Source: Rhodospirillaceae bacterium (GTDB lineage Bacteria > Pseudomonadota > Alphaproteobacteria > MPNO01 > UBA2964). From it: 64,000 nucleotides of DNA. The notes below the pieces were generated by a model. It was not told the origin of the DNA and did no database searches. It worked only from the letters and a program-made list of their open reading frames with translations. Below are positions 32,820 to 42,614 of the stretch, piece after piece (position 1 is the stretch's first letter; each line of letters opens with the position of its first letter). Made by a program: the position numbers and the translations under genes. The DNA is taken from NCBI GenBank assembly GCA_038146865.1, contig JAYQSL010000001.1, forward strand, positions 82,157 to 146,156, given 5' to 3'.

Positions 32820-34193
32820 CTAATTAATCTCTCGAGAAAAAAAAGTCCGCCTAGCTCGGCTAATTTCCAATACACCATTATCACTAACCTCGAAGATCGA
32901 GTAATTCCGTTCCACAAGCCCATTGTTTTTAAATCGGAATAATCCAGCACTTCCAAGAAACCCTCTTGAATTTGTCAGGGCCTCCATATCCAGAGGCGAT
33001 GAAGAATCGCGGCCTAAAAACACAGCGACTGCCATTGCATCATAGGCCAATGGTCCAAGCGGATGCGCTCCACTCCCATAAGTCTTCTCATATTTTTGTT
33101 TGAAGATCTTCAGCCCCATCGGAGCTGGGGCCACGTACCAAGCGCGTTTCAAAGCTGGTTCCCGGATTAGCGACCTCTCACTCCAATCCATAATCCCAAG
33201 TATCCGTACTTTGCGAATATCTATGTCATAGTAGGGTAGCAAAGCCGCTAATGCAGTAAGGGCCCTTCCTTTTTCTATTAATAAAACCGCATCAAAGTCT
33301 ACGGCTCCAAATGTTTCTAAATCATTTAACCGTTTTAATATGCGGGTTGACTTAGGATCTTTCATATTTCGTAAGGAGAGCTTTCGCCTTTCCAGGGCGT
33401 TTTTGCGAGCGTTATATCTTCCTAATCTTTTTACCGCCCGAACCATGGTCTCTTGCTGGCCTCTGGAATACCGCTCTATCCTAACAACTGTCCCACCGAC
33501 CTTGGCTACTGCCTCTTTAAGTGCTTCCCCGATAAAATCACCGTAACCATCATCCGGCAATAGCGCTGCAAATCGTTTAAGCCGCTGCGCTGCTGCAAAA
33601 GAAACAACACGTTGAACACGGTGGGAGGGGAAAAAACCCATCACAAAGGCGTTGGAAGCTGATGCGTTCAGATCATTTGAAAGAGATATAGATATCAAGC
33701 TTTCTCCGATCTTCTCAGACGCCACGGCTGAGGAGGGGGCCGCAAACACCGGCCCAACCAAAATTTTCGCCCCAGCCTTGATCGCTGATCTCACAGAACT
33801 GCGAGCTCCATCAATAGTCCCCATTGTATCAAAAATAAGGAGCGCTTGATTTTTTGTACCAAGCTCAAAAAATGAGAGCTCCATGCCTTTAAGCAGAGAC
33901 TTTCCGAGCTTGTTATATTTTCCGCTTAAAGGCAGCAAAACACCTATTTTGAATTTATTGCCCGTGGTTATTTTATAACTTTTCCTTGGTTCCCGAAGGT
34001 CTTCATTAACCAAAACCTGTTTTTTGACTTCCGGTTTTAGGTCAATCGCGCCCACTTCGGTTTGTGGGCCGAATTCAGGCCGATCCAGCTTGAAAAGGAG
34101 AGGTGAATTTGATTTATTCTCTTGGCAGGCTGCTAAAATCGCTACTAGAGATATTAATGATAAAATTCCGAATTTATTCTGAGTGCCTGCCAA
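32820..34193 (-). CDS. Lipoprotein with a periplasmic-binding-protein type I fold; LpoA-like penicillin-binding-protein activator candidate.
   Basis: 457 aa. Lipobox LAILAAC. KIGVLLPLSGKYNKLGKSLLKGMEL matches the LppC/LpoA C-terminal domain. It is divergent from rsmI, as E. coli lpoA (yraM) is from rsmI (yraL). Confidence 0.45.
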   Translation of the reverse strand: MAGTQNKFGILSLISLVAILAACQENKSNSPLLFKLDRPEFGPQTEVGAIDLKPEVKKQVLVNEDLREPRKSYKITTGNKFKIGVLLPLSGKYNKLGKSLLKGMELSFFELGTKNQALLIFDTMGTIDGARSSVRSAIKAGAKILVGPVFAAPSSAVASEKIGESLISISLSNDLNASASNAFVMGFFPSHRVQRVVSFAAAQRLKRFAALLPDDGYGDFIGEALKEAVAKVGGTVVRIERYSRGQQETMVRAVKRLGRYNARKNALERRKLSLRNMKDPKSTRILKRLNDLETFGAVDFDAVLLIEKGRALTALAALLPYYDIDIRKVRILGIMDWSERSLIREPALKRAWYVAPAPMGLKIFKQKYEKTYGSGAHPLGPLAYDAMAVAVFLGRDSSSPLDMEALTNSRGFLGSAGLFRFKNNGLVERNYSIFEVSDNGVLEISRARRTFFSREIN

Positions 34194-34214
34194 GATGAGG
34201 AGCCTGTATAAGTT

Positions 34215-35135
34215 TTGACAACGGACGGGTCACAATACTGCGACGACCCTACCTTGGCCGCTATCAATGGTAAACTGGAAAGCGCTGTTGTCGTTCCTGG
34301 CCTGCACATTGTTTCAACACCAATCGGTAATCTAGCCGATATTTCCTTGCGAGCTCTCGCTACCCTTCGAGCCTCTGATTTAATAATATGCGAGGACACA
34401 CGTGTAACGGCAAAAATCAAATCCGTTTTTGCCATAACTACTCCTTTGTTGTGCTATAACGACCACAACGCTCCGAAGACATTGCCAAGAATAATGGACT
34501 TCCTAAAGAACGGAAAAACAATTTCTCTGGTGTCAGATGCAGGTACTCCCACAATATCGGACCCCGGCTACAAATTGGTAAATTCTGCGATACAGGAAAG
34601 AATCTTTGTTACCAGTGTCCCGGGTGCTAGTGCTATGCTCGCCGCACTGCCGGCCTCAGGCCTTCCAACCGACAAGTTTCTATTTATTGGCTTTCTGCCT
34701 GTCAAAAAAATGGCAAAACAAAATTTTTTAAGGGATTTAAAAGAATTTAAAGCAACTCTAATATTTTATGAGTCTGCAAGAAGGCTATCTTCAACGGTCC
34801 AAACAATGGCTGATATTTTAGCCCCTCGCTCTGCAGTGATCGCCAGGGAGCTAACAAAAAAATACGAGGAATTTATAAGAGGTGATTTATCTGCCCTCGC
34901 CTTAAAAACCACGGAGCAAATCGAAAGAAAAGGCGAATTTGTTATTTTGGTAGGGCCGCCCCAATCAGAGAGCCAACCAAATAAGGATGCCGTCGATCAA
35001 ATGTTACTTGAAGCCTTATCTGATAAAACGCTACGAGACGCCGTGAATATAGTCGTAAAAGAGACAGGCGCTAAGCGCAAAGATGTTTATCTCCGGGCTC
35101 TTAATTTAAAGGAAAAAGCCGGAAACAAGGGTTAA
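34215..35135 (+). CDS. rsmI: 16S rRNA (cytidine1402-2'-O)-methyltransferase RsmI.
   Basis: 306 aa tetrapyrrole-methylase fold (LHIVSTPIGNLADISLRALATL...). The real start may be about 25 codons downstream. Confidence 0.85.
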   Translation: MTTDGSQYCDDPTLAAINGKLESAVVVPGLHIVSTPIGNLADISLRALATLRASDLIICEDTRVTAKIKSVFAITTPLLCYNDHNAPKTLPRIMDFLKNGKTISLVSDAGTPTISDPGYKLVNSAIQERIFVTSVPGASAMLAALPASGLPTDKFLFIGFLPVKKMAKQNFLRDLKEFKATLIFYESARRLSSTVQTMADILAPRSAVIARELTKKYEEFIRGDLSALALKTTEQIERKGEFVILVGPPQSESQPNKDAVDQMLLEALSDKTLRDAVNIVVKETGAKRKDVYLRALNLKEKAGNKG

Positions 35136-35291
35136 ACAGGGGACTCGATACGATTAAAAAATAGTTTTTCGACTTCACGATAAATTTATGCTCATTTTGG
35201 ATAACGGGGGCGAATACCTTAATGAAGGTATTATTAAAAAAATTTAGTTATCGTTATTATTCATCGACGCAATTTAAATTCTATTGGTAAT

Positions 35292-35903
35292 TTGGATAAA
35301 ATTAAAAAAGATCGCTGGCCTGACCGCAAAAAAGTTTGTAGTGCAACACTTTTGATTTTTACAGCACTGCAGTTTTCGGGAACCACCGGTTGCACCAATG
35401 TGATCTTAGGAGCCGGCACCGCTGCGGTTACAGCCTCTCAAGAGGAAAGAGGCCTTACCATCGTAGCGAACGATTTAGCAATTCAAGCTAATGTAAACGC
35501 ACTTTTCCTCAAACAAAATTTTAATTCATGGCCCGCGATAACGGTTTCGGTTTTTGATGGCAGAGTTCTCTTGACGGGCGCAGTTAACGACCCAGCAGAT
35601 CGTGCGAAAGCCCAAAACATTGCCCAAAAGGGCAGGGGAGTCAGGCAAGTTTTGAATGAAATTCAGGTGACTAAAACTGCTCGCAACTGGCTTAAAGATA
35701 GAATGATCACGCTCGCATTGCGAGAGAAGCTGATACGAGATAAATCAATTTTTTCAATTAACTATTCTATAGACGCCGTAAATGGAGTGCTATATTTGAT
35801 GGGATTTGCTCAAACATCTGCTGAACTGGCAAGAGTCCGGTCCCATTCTAGAAATACTAAGAATGTTCGCAGTGTGGTTGACCATGTAACTGTAAAAAAT
35901 TAG
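35292..35903 (+). CDS. Dual-BON-domain lipoprotein (DolP/YraP/OsmY-like).
   Basis: 203 aa. Lipobox LQFSGTTGC. Two BON repeats (...VSVFDGRVLLTGAVNDPADRAKAQNIA... and ...GVLYLMGFAQTSAELARVRSHSRNTKNVRSVVDHVTV). Confidence 0.55.
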   Translation: MDKIKKDRWPDRKKVCSATLLIFTALQFSGTTGCTNVILGAGTAAVTASQEERGLTIVANDLAIQANVNALFLKQNFNSWPAITVSVFDGRVLLTGAVNDPADRAKAQNIAQKGRGVRQVLNEIQVTKTARNWLKDRMITLALREKLIRDKSIFSINYSIDAVNGVLYLMGFAQTSAELARVRSHSRNTKNVRSVVDHVTVKN

Positions 35904-36170
35904 CTCCGCAATCATTTACGACACAGGGGCGCGGGGAAGAGTTAACTAAAAAAGTTAAGAAAAAACATTTTGAACATGAAAGATTAGGTCTTAACCCGGA
36001 TTTTTTGATTTAAAACCTTATAATTTTTCAGGATATTTTTTTGGGGGAACTCGATCTTTCCTAGAACGCCTTGGACTAAATTATTAGTGGATTTGAGACC
36101 CGGAAATCCTTTTTTTCTCTAGAGAAAACACCCAAATTCAATTAAAAACGGGTTATTCTAGGAGTTTCAG

Positions 36171-37133
36171 ATGAGCCTCAAAATCGCTATTCAAATGGAC
36201 CCGGTCGGCACAATAAATGTGACGACGGACAGCACCTTTATGCTTGCATTAGAAGCAAAGTTTAGGGGCCACGTCCTCTATCATTATTTGCCATCAGAAT
36301 TGTATCTCGAAGATGGCAGACTTTATGCGTACGCCAATGAAATAGTCGAAGTGAACCAGGATCAAAATAGCCCTTTTAGGCTAAGCAAGCCTATTCAAAT
36401 AAATCTCCGAGAAATGGACATAATTTTGATGAGGCAGGACCCGCCATTCGATATGTCTTACCTAACCGCCACCTACTTATTAGAACATGTCGCACCTGAA
36501 GTCCTTGTCTTAAATGATCCTGTAAATGTACGAAATTCGCCAGAGAAACTCCTCGTTACTCATTTTTCAGGGGTAGCGCCACCCACTCTTATCTCCGCCA
36601 ATAGAGAACAAATTTCCAATTTTAGGGAAAAACACAAGGATATAATCATTAAACCCCTTTATGGAAATGGCGGAGCGGAAGTGTTCCATCTAAAACCCGA
36701 AGATGAAAATTTAGGCTCTCTACTCGACATGTTTTTTGCGAAATATCGCGAACCAATAATTACCCAAAAATACCTACCAGAGATCAGAAACGGGGACAAA
36801 AGGATAATACTGGTTGATGGAGAACCAGTAGGAGGAGTAATGAGAGTCCCAGTTGAAGGTGACTCTCGTGCAAACTTTCATGCAGGGGGTGGGGCCCAAA
36901 AGACCACATTGACCGATAGAGAAAGAGAGATTTGCTCCATGATCGGGCCAACATTATCAAAATTAGGTCTTTTATTTGTTGGAATCGACGTTATCGGGGA
37001 TTATCTAACTGAAATTAATGTGACCAGCCCAACCGGCATTCAGGAAATAAATCGGCTGGACAGCATCCATATTGAAAAGCTTTTATGGGACGCTATTGAG
37101 GCTCAATTAGATGCGCGACAATCAGCATATTGA
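36171..37133 (+). CDS. gshB: Glutathione synthetase GshB.
   Basis: 320 aa. ATP-grasp fold with prokaryotic GSH synthetase N-terminal domain. Confidence 0.9.
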   Translation: MSLKIAIQMDPVGTINVTTDSTFMLALEAKFRGHVLYHYLPSELYLEDGRLYAYANEIVEVNQDQNSPFRLSKPIQINLREMDIILMRQDPPFDMSYLTATYLLEHVAPEVLVLNDPVNVRNSPEKLLVTHFSGVAPPTLISANREQISNFREKHKDIIIKPLYGNGGAEVFHLKPEDENLGSLLDMFFAKYREPIITQKYLPEIRNGDKRIILVDGEPVGGVMRVPVEGDSRANFHAGGGAQKTTLTDREREICSMIGPTLSKLGLLFVGIDVIGDYLTEINVTSPTGIQEINRLDSIHIEKLLWDAIEAQLDARQSAY

Positions 37134-37227
37134 CCAAACTTTTGAGTGTAAAACCAGTCTTCTTTGAAGCGCACGTAAAACATCCTAATCATCTATATAA
37201 AATTTTACGTATTACATTTAGGTTTGA

Positions 37228-37614
37228 TTAATTTCGATCGCGAGCACCGCAGCGCCCATTCAAGATGGGGCCAAGCGGTCCTCCACCGAGAATATGTACA
37301 TGAAAATGGGGCACCTCTTGGTGAGCATCATCACCACAATTACTCACGATTCTAAACCCCCGCTCCATCAAAGAGCCAAGCCTAGCTGCTTCTCCAACGG
37401 CTGCCCAAAACCCCTCTATCTCCGAAGCAGAGGCATCCTCGATGAAATCTTTGATAGAGATATACGGGCCTTTCGGAATAACTAGAATATGCACGGGGGC
37501 TTGAGGATTAATATCTAAAAAGGCTAACGCATGATCATTCTCGTAGACAGTCTCACAAGCGATTTCACCACGTAAAATACGAGCGAATATATTCTGTTCA
37601 TCATATCCTACCAT
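37228..37614 (-). CDS. HIT-family hydrolase (Hint-like).
   Basis: 128 aa with histidine-triad HFHVHILGG. Confidence 0.75.
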   Translation of the reverse strand: MVGYDEQNIFARILRGEIACETVYENDHALAFLDINPQAPVHILVIPKGPYISIKDFIEDASASEIEGFWAAVGEAARLGSLMERGFRIVSNCGDDAHQEVPHFHVHILGGGPLGPILNGRCGARDRN

Positions 37615-37622
37615 GGAAATTA

Positions 37623-37967
37623 CTACTTAACCTCCGCCCGCCCCGCTTTTTCGAGGATCCCGGAGACCCCCTCTCTGCGAGCGAGCTCATTCCATACCTG
37701 ATTGGGAGAAATTTCATTTGCGGTCCACAAAACCAATAAATGATAGAGTAAATCCGCGCTTTCACTTACAAGTTCTTTTTTATCCTGCGAGAATGACGAG
37801 ACCACGCATTCGATAGCCTCCTCACCAACTTTTCTGGCTATTCGCGAGGGACCGTCATTAAGAAGTTTTGCCGTATAAGATGTTTGAGGGTCTGCGTTTT
37901 TCCGACCATTAATCACATCGGCTAATTGATCCAATATAACAGCCGTAGAATCTTGATGATTATGCAT
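37623..37967 (-). CDS. hisE: Phosphoribosyl-ATP pyrophosphatase HisE.
   Basis: 114 aa MazG-like. Terminal gene of the his cluster. Confidence 0.85.
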   Translation of the reverse strand: MHNHQDSTAVILDQLADVINGRKNADPQTSYTAKLLNDGPSRIARKVGEEAIECVVSSFSQDKKELVSESADLLYHLLVLWTANEISPNQVWNELARREGVSGILEKAGRAEVK

Positions 37968-38033
37968 TCACTCCCCCTTACCCCCGGGCTTTTACTAATT
38001 ATAAAACTAAACACTCCAATCAATCATTCATTT

Positions 38034-38798
38034 TTAGATGCACGGCCGAATGTCAATTCCTTTGTCAGCAAGGTAGGCTTTAGCCTCGCCAATCGTAAAC
38101 TCCCCAAAATGAAAAATACTGGCCGCAAGTACGGCTGAAGCGTGTCCTTCTCGAATACCATCGACAAGATGATCGAGATTCCCAACACCACCAGACGCAA
38201 TAACCGGGATCCCCACATTATCCGCCATACCCCTGGTGAGATCCAAATCAAACCCAGAGCGTGTCCCATCTTTATCCATGGAGGTAACCAAGAGCTCCCC
38301 AGCTCCATTTTTTTCCATCAAGACCCCCCAGTCTAATGCATCAATACCGGTAGGCTCTCGCCCACCATGGGTGAAAATCTCCCATTTCCCAGGTGCCACC
38401 ATTTTTGCATCAATAGCGACGACTATGCACTGCGAACCAAACTTATTAGATGCCTCTCTAACAAATTCTGGGTTATAAACCGCGGCGGTATTTATAGAGA
38501 CTTTATCGGCGCCAGCCAGAAGTAGTCTTCGAATATCATCGACAGTACGAATACCCCCCCCAACAGTCAAAGGCATAAAACACTTTTCAGCAGTCCGTGC
38601 CACCACATCTAGGAGGGTATCGCGGTTATCCGATGAAGCTGTGATATCCAAGAAACACAATTCATCAGCTCCCGCCCGATCATAAAAACTGGCCTGAGCG
38701 ACCGGATCGCCTGCGTCGATTAAATCGATAAAGTTTACGCCTTTTACTGTGCGGCCATCTTTAACATCCAAACAAGGAATTATTCTCTTTTTTAACAA
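38034..38798 (-). CDS. hisF: Imidazole glycerol phosphate synthase cyclase subunit HisF.
   Basis: 254 aa TIM barrel ([16 protein letters not shown]...). Confidence 0.9.
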   Translation of the reverse strand: MLKKRIIPCLDVKDGRTVKGVNFIDLIDAGDPVAQASFYDRAGADELCFLDITASSDNRDTLLDVVARTAEKCFMPLTVGGGIRTVDDIRRLLLAGADKVSINTAAVYNPEFVREASNKFGSQCIVVAIDAKMVAPGKWEIFTHGGREPTGIDALDWGVLMEKNGAGELLVTSMDKDGTRSGFDLDLTRGMADNVGIPVIASGGVGNLDHLVDGIREGHASAVLAASIFHFGEFTIGEAKAYLADKGIDIRPCI

Positions 38799-38802
38799 CA
38801 GG

Positions 38803-39528
38803 TTAACCCCTCAAAACCGATAAAGCTTGAGTGGGGTCAACGCGACCATCGTATAACGCTCTACCGCAAATCACGCCCTCGACACCGGAGGACTCACTAG
38901 CCTTAAGAGCAATCAAATCATCTATGGAGGCGACTCCCCCTGAAGCTATTACAGGAGTGGTAAGCGCGAAAGCCAGGTCAACTGTCGATTCTACATTTAC
39001 TCCCGCCATGGCTCCGTCTCGATTAATGTCTGTATAGAGGATTGCAGCCGCTCCACTGTCTTCAAATCTGAGAGCTAAATCGAGGGCGCGGACTCCGGAG
39101 TCTTTGGTCCACCCTTCAATCGAAACATTGCCGTCTCGAGAGTCAATAGCGACGACAATCTGGCCGGGATAATCCGCACATGCCTGGTGCACAAAATCAG
39201 GGTCAGCAAGAGCCGCAGTTCCAAGAACAGCCCGTTGAACCCCAGCCTCCAACCATCGGTCAAGCGCCTCTCTTGTTCGTATCCCACCGCCCAACTGCAC
39301 CGGCATTTCGGTAGCTTTGATCACTTCGGTTACGGCCTCAACATTCACAGACCGTCCCTCGACTGCGCCGTTTAAGTCCACAAGATGAAGCCAATCAAAC
39401 CCTTGCTTTTGAAACTCCCGTGCCTGGTCCGCTGGGTTAATATTGAAGATTGTGGCTTGGTTGAGATTTCCTCTCAATAATCTAACACAGACCCCGTCCT
39501 TGAGATCAATAGCTGGGAACAATATCAT
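38803..39528 (-). CDS. hisA: ProFAR isomerase HisA.
   Basis: 241 aa ([17 protein letters not shown]...). Confidence 0.9.
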   Translation of the reverse strand: MILFPAIDLKDGVCVRLLRGNLNQATIFNINPADQAREFQKQGFDWLHLVDLNGAVEGRSVNVEAVTEVIKATEMPVQLGGGIRTREALDRWLEAGVQRAVLGTAALADPDFVHQACADYPGQIVVAIDSRDGNVSIEGWTKDSGVRALDLALRFEDSGAAAILYTDINRDGAMAGVNVESTVDLAFALTTPVIASGGVASIDDLIALKASESSGVEGVICGRALYDGRVDPTQALSVLRG

Positions 39529-40115
39529 TTTAATTTCTCTCGACTCCTGAGCCGGTTGGTTTTCCTTTTTGGGTGCACCTTGAGCCGCTTAGTATAATAG
39601 AATCCCACAACCGGTTCTCCGCCCACTATTGCATAGTTTTGGTTCTCACCCCAGCGAGTGTAGTCAAGCGACTCATAAAGGCTTACAGCTGCCGTTTGCG
39701 TCGCCCGAACATCTAGATTTATAAAAATAATACCTTGTTTTCTTGCAAAAAGTTCACACGCCCGCACCAAACCGCGAGCCAGGCCGCGGCCACGCGCCCA
39801 TGGCGCCACAAAAATATTTGAGATATTACCAGTGTGTCGCTGCGCCTCATTATTTCTTGGAAATCGCGAGAGAATTGCGGATCCCGCCAACCTAGCATCC
39901 ACCCGAGCCACAAAAAGGGTTTTATCGGGAACCAACAAAACGCCTTTCCAGAAGGCCTCAAGGGTTTTTCTCGGGGGCGGCTTCAACCAACCAAAGCCAC
40001 CACCATCTATTATTGCGGTCTCAGCAGCCTCACAAAGATCAGCTAATTCTATCTCGCTCAAAGCATCTGGTTGCTCTATACTAGTGGGTGGCGCAGGTTT
40101 AGCCATAATTATCAA
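39525..40115 (-). CDS. GNAT-family N-acetyltransferase inserted between hisH and hisA.
   Basis: 196 aa. Acetyl-CoA-binding motif region RGRGLARGLVRACELFARKQG. Start and stop both overlap neighbouring genes, so it is translationally coupled within the operon. Confidence 0.6.
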   Translation of the reverse strand: MIIMAKPAPPTSIEQPDALSEIELADLCEAAETAIIDGGGFGWLKPPPRKTLEAFWKGVLLVPDKTLFVARVDARLAGSAILSRFPRNNEAQRHTGNISNIFVAPWARGRGLARGLVRACELFARKQGIIFINLDVRATQTAAVSLYESLDYTRWGENQNYAIVGGEPVVGFYYTKRLKVHPKRKTNRLRSREKLK

Positions 40116-40757
40116 TTACGGCTGCCAGCAAATAAAGTTGGCTAAAACTTTCAGACCCTCATCCTGACTCTTATCGGGATGAAATTGAACTCCGATCAAA
40201 TTATCTCTCCCAACTGCGGCCGAGACCAACCCACCGTAATCAACGTGAGCGATTACCTCATTTTGATCAACGGGAGTATAGGCGAAAGAGTGCACAAAAT
40301 ACATGTGAGGAACTTCTGGGAGCCCTGCAAACACCGGGTGTTTTTGATGAAAAGTCAAATTATTCCAGCCCATATGAGGTATCTTGAAATTGGTATCTGA
40401 TGGCTGCAATCGTTTAACTGATCCCGGAAACCAGCCGAGCCCCGACCGCTCGCCATGCTCCAGCCCTCTGGCCGCCATTAACTGCATGCCGACGCAGATC
40501 CCCATAAAAGGGATCGCCCTTTGGATTACGGCAGCTTCGAGACATTCCAACATCCCATCGAGAGCCGCCAGACCCTCCATGCAATCTCCAAAAGCCCCCT
40601 GACCGGGCAAGATAATCCTATCAGCCCCTCTCAAATCGACCCCTACAGAGCTCACTTTTACTTCAGCGTTTCTGTTAACCGCATTCGCAGCAGTCTCGAC
40701 CGCCTTGGCTGCAGACCGCAAATTTCCAGAACCATAATCAATAACAATTATCTTCAT
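40116..40757 (-). CDS. hisH: Imidazole glycerol phosphate synthase glutaminase subunit HisH.
   Basis: 213 aa class-I glutamine amidotransferase (GICVGMQ, HVDYGG...VQFHPDKS). Confidence 0.9.
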   Translation of the reverse strand: MKIIVIDYGSGNLRSAAKAVETAANAVNRNAEVKVSSVGVDLRGADRIILPGQGAFGDCMEGLAALDGMLECLEAAVIQRAIPFMGICVGMQLMAARGLEHGERSGLGWFPGSVKRLQPSDTNFKIPHMGWNNLTFHQKHPVFAGLPEVPHMYFVHSFAYTPVDQNEVIAHVDYGGLVSAAVGRDNLIGVQFHPDKSQDEGLKVLANFICWQP

Positions 40758-41164
40758 CGAGCTGATACTTTTTTAACGATTTCCTTTTGGGATCCTTCAA
40801 AAATAGTTTGGTCTCTCCATCTCAGCAATGCGGCCTCTATGGAAACGCCTGAAACTATTGCTTCTATTTTTAATCCACGCGCTTCCAGAGCAGCGCGGCG
40901 GAAATCTTGCCCAGTAAATCCTATAAAAAGCGAAAGAAAAAACTGACTAATCAAAGAAAATTCCATAGGCCATTGAAAATAACTCTGAGAACACCACAGA
41001 ATTATTTCTAAAAGAATTATTCCTAATGATGCGATCCAACACCGATGATAAATGGTCCAAAAAAAAAGTCCAAAGAATGCACCGAAAGAGAAAGTCTCAG
41101 GCACGAGCTCGGGATGTCCATTCAGTTCCGATGCTTCTCTTAGATGGACAGTAAAAGTTTTCAT
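40754..41164 (-). CDS. Small membrane protein of unknown function embedded in the his operon (DUF2628-like).
   Basis: 136 aa, two or three TM helices. The same position (between hisB and hisH) holds a conserved hypothetical gene in many alphaproteobacteria. Confidence 0.4.
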   Translation of the reverse strand: MKTFTVHLREASELNGHPELVPETFSFGAFFGLFFWTIYHRCWIASLGIILLEIILWCSQSYFQWPMEFSLISQFFLSLFIGFTGQDFRRAALEARGLKIEAIVSGVSIEAALLRWRDQTIFEGSQKEIVKKVSAR

Positions 41165-41186
41165 GCTTAATTTTTTAAATCGTCAC

Positions 41187-41783
41187 TTAGGCGTCGCCAA
41201 GTAAGCCCTTGGTAGACGGGATTTCCTCGACCATTCTTGGATCTATGGTCAGCGCGGCCCTCAACGACCTGGCCAGACCTTTATAACAAGACTCCACAAT
41301 ATGGTGATTATTCTGACCATACAGAGTCTCCACATGAAGAGTAATGCCGGAAGCCTGGGCAAACGCCTGAAACCACTCTTTAAACAGTTCAGTATCCATA
41401 TCTCCTAATTTTGGGCGGCTAAAATTGACATGCCAAATTAGGTAAGGCCGACCCGAGACATCTAAAGCGACCCTTGTCAGAGTTTCGTCCATCGGCACAT
41501 AAGCGGTCCCATAACGGCAAATGCCCCGTTTATCGCCGGTCGCTTGAGCGATGGCCTGACCCAAAACTATCCCCGTGTCCTCAACGGTATGATGAAAATC
41601 AACATGCAAATCACCCGAGGCTCTGAGGAACAAGTCAATAAGACTATGTCGCGCCAATTGCTCCAGCATGTGATCGAGAAATCCTATTCCAGTTTGAATA
41701 TCAAAAACACCTGTCCCATCAAGCTTTACCCCGACCTCAATTTTGGTCTCTCGCGTTTCACGCGTTATTTCTGCCTCACGCAT
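41187..41783 (-). CDS. hisB: Imidazoleglycerol-phosphate dehydratase HisB.
   Basis: 198 aa IGPD with Mn-binding His clusters (DFHHTVED...). Confidence 0.9.
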   Translation of the reverse strand: MREAEITRETRETKIEVGVKLDGTGVFDIQTGIGFLDHMLEQLARHSLIDLFLRASGDLHVDFHHTVEDTGIVLGQAIAQATGDKRGICRYGTAYVPMDETLTRVALDVSGRPYLIWHVNFSRPKLGDMDTELFKEWFQAFAQASGITLHVETLYGQNNHHIVESCYKGLARSLRAALTIDPRMVEEIPSTKGLLGDA

Positions 41784-42053
41784 GGTGATACCCCTTTTTT
41801 TATGGGGGCTTTTTAACTTATTTCATCGGTACTTTGAAGCATATTTCAGCTAAGCTTAACTTAAAGACCTCAAAACCTCTCAAAAAGAAAGCCTAACTGC
41901 TATGTGGAACATATGCGTTGAGTATGTTCAGACAAATTTGTTCCACCCTGTTGGAGAAGGTGGAAACTACATGCTAAAAAGCGATTGATTTCTTCTTTAA
42001 TTTGCTTAGACGCGAGCACCTTGAAAAAAATAAGCATGTAACCCGGAGGTACT

Positions 42054-42614
42054 TTGAACAATACAGATAACAATACCTGGCATGGAACCACTATCCTGTC
42101 GGTTCGAAAAGCGAACAAAGTTGTCTTAGCAGGAGACGGGCAAGTTACCCTCGGAGCCACGGTTATAAAAGGAACAGCTCGAAAAGTCCGAAAGATCGGG
42201 GACGGGTCTATCGTAGCCGGATTTGCGGGGGCTACGGCAGATGCTTTCACTCTTTTTGAGCGATTAGAAGGCAAGTTGGAAGAACATCCTGGCCAATTAC
42301 GACGCGCTTGCGTCGAATTGGCGAAAGATTGGAGAACTGACCGTTACCTCCGACGTCTTGAAGCGATGATGGCAGTGATCGATAAAGCTGAGTCACTTGT
42401 GCTTACCGGAACGGGCGATGTGCTAGAACCAGACGATGGAATTATCGGTATCGGATCAGGTGGTTCTTATGCTCTTGCCGCCGCAAGAGCCATAATTGAT
42501 GTTGAAGCATTTGACGCAGAAGCCATTGCTCGAAAGGCTATGGGAATAGCGGCCGAGATATGCGTATATACCAATACCAACTTAACAATCGAGAGTATCG
42601 ACACAAGTGTCTAG
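42054..42614 (+). CDS. hslV: ATP-dependent protease subunit HslV.
   Basis: 186 aa. The catalytic Thr follows a short N-terminal extension (..[10 protein letters not shown]). Confidence 0.9.
   Translation: MNNTDNNTWHGTTILSVRKANKVVLAGDGQVTLGATVIKGTARKVRKIGDGSIVAGFAGATADAFTLFERLEGKLEEHPGQLRRACVELAKDWRTDRYLRRLEAMMAVIDKAESLVLTGTGDVLEPDDGIIGIGSGGSYALAAARAIIDVEAFDAEAIARKAMGIAAEICVYTNTNLTIESIDTSV

Noticed and set aside
35214-35231. Inverted repeat ATACCTT-aatg-AAGGTAT between rsmI and the BON lipoprotein gene.
   Set aside because: Only 7 bp, AT-rich, and not followed by a U-tract. Too weak for a terminator or operator call.
41784-42053. Sigma-32-like -35 CTTGAAA upstream of hslV (about 42022).
   Set aside because: The downstream -10 region (ACCCGGAG) does not match CCCCATNT/CYTATNT. 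Not supportable from sequence alone.
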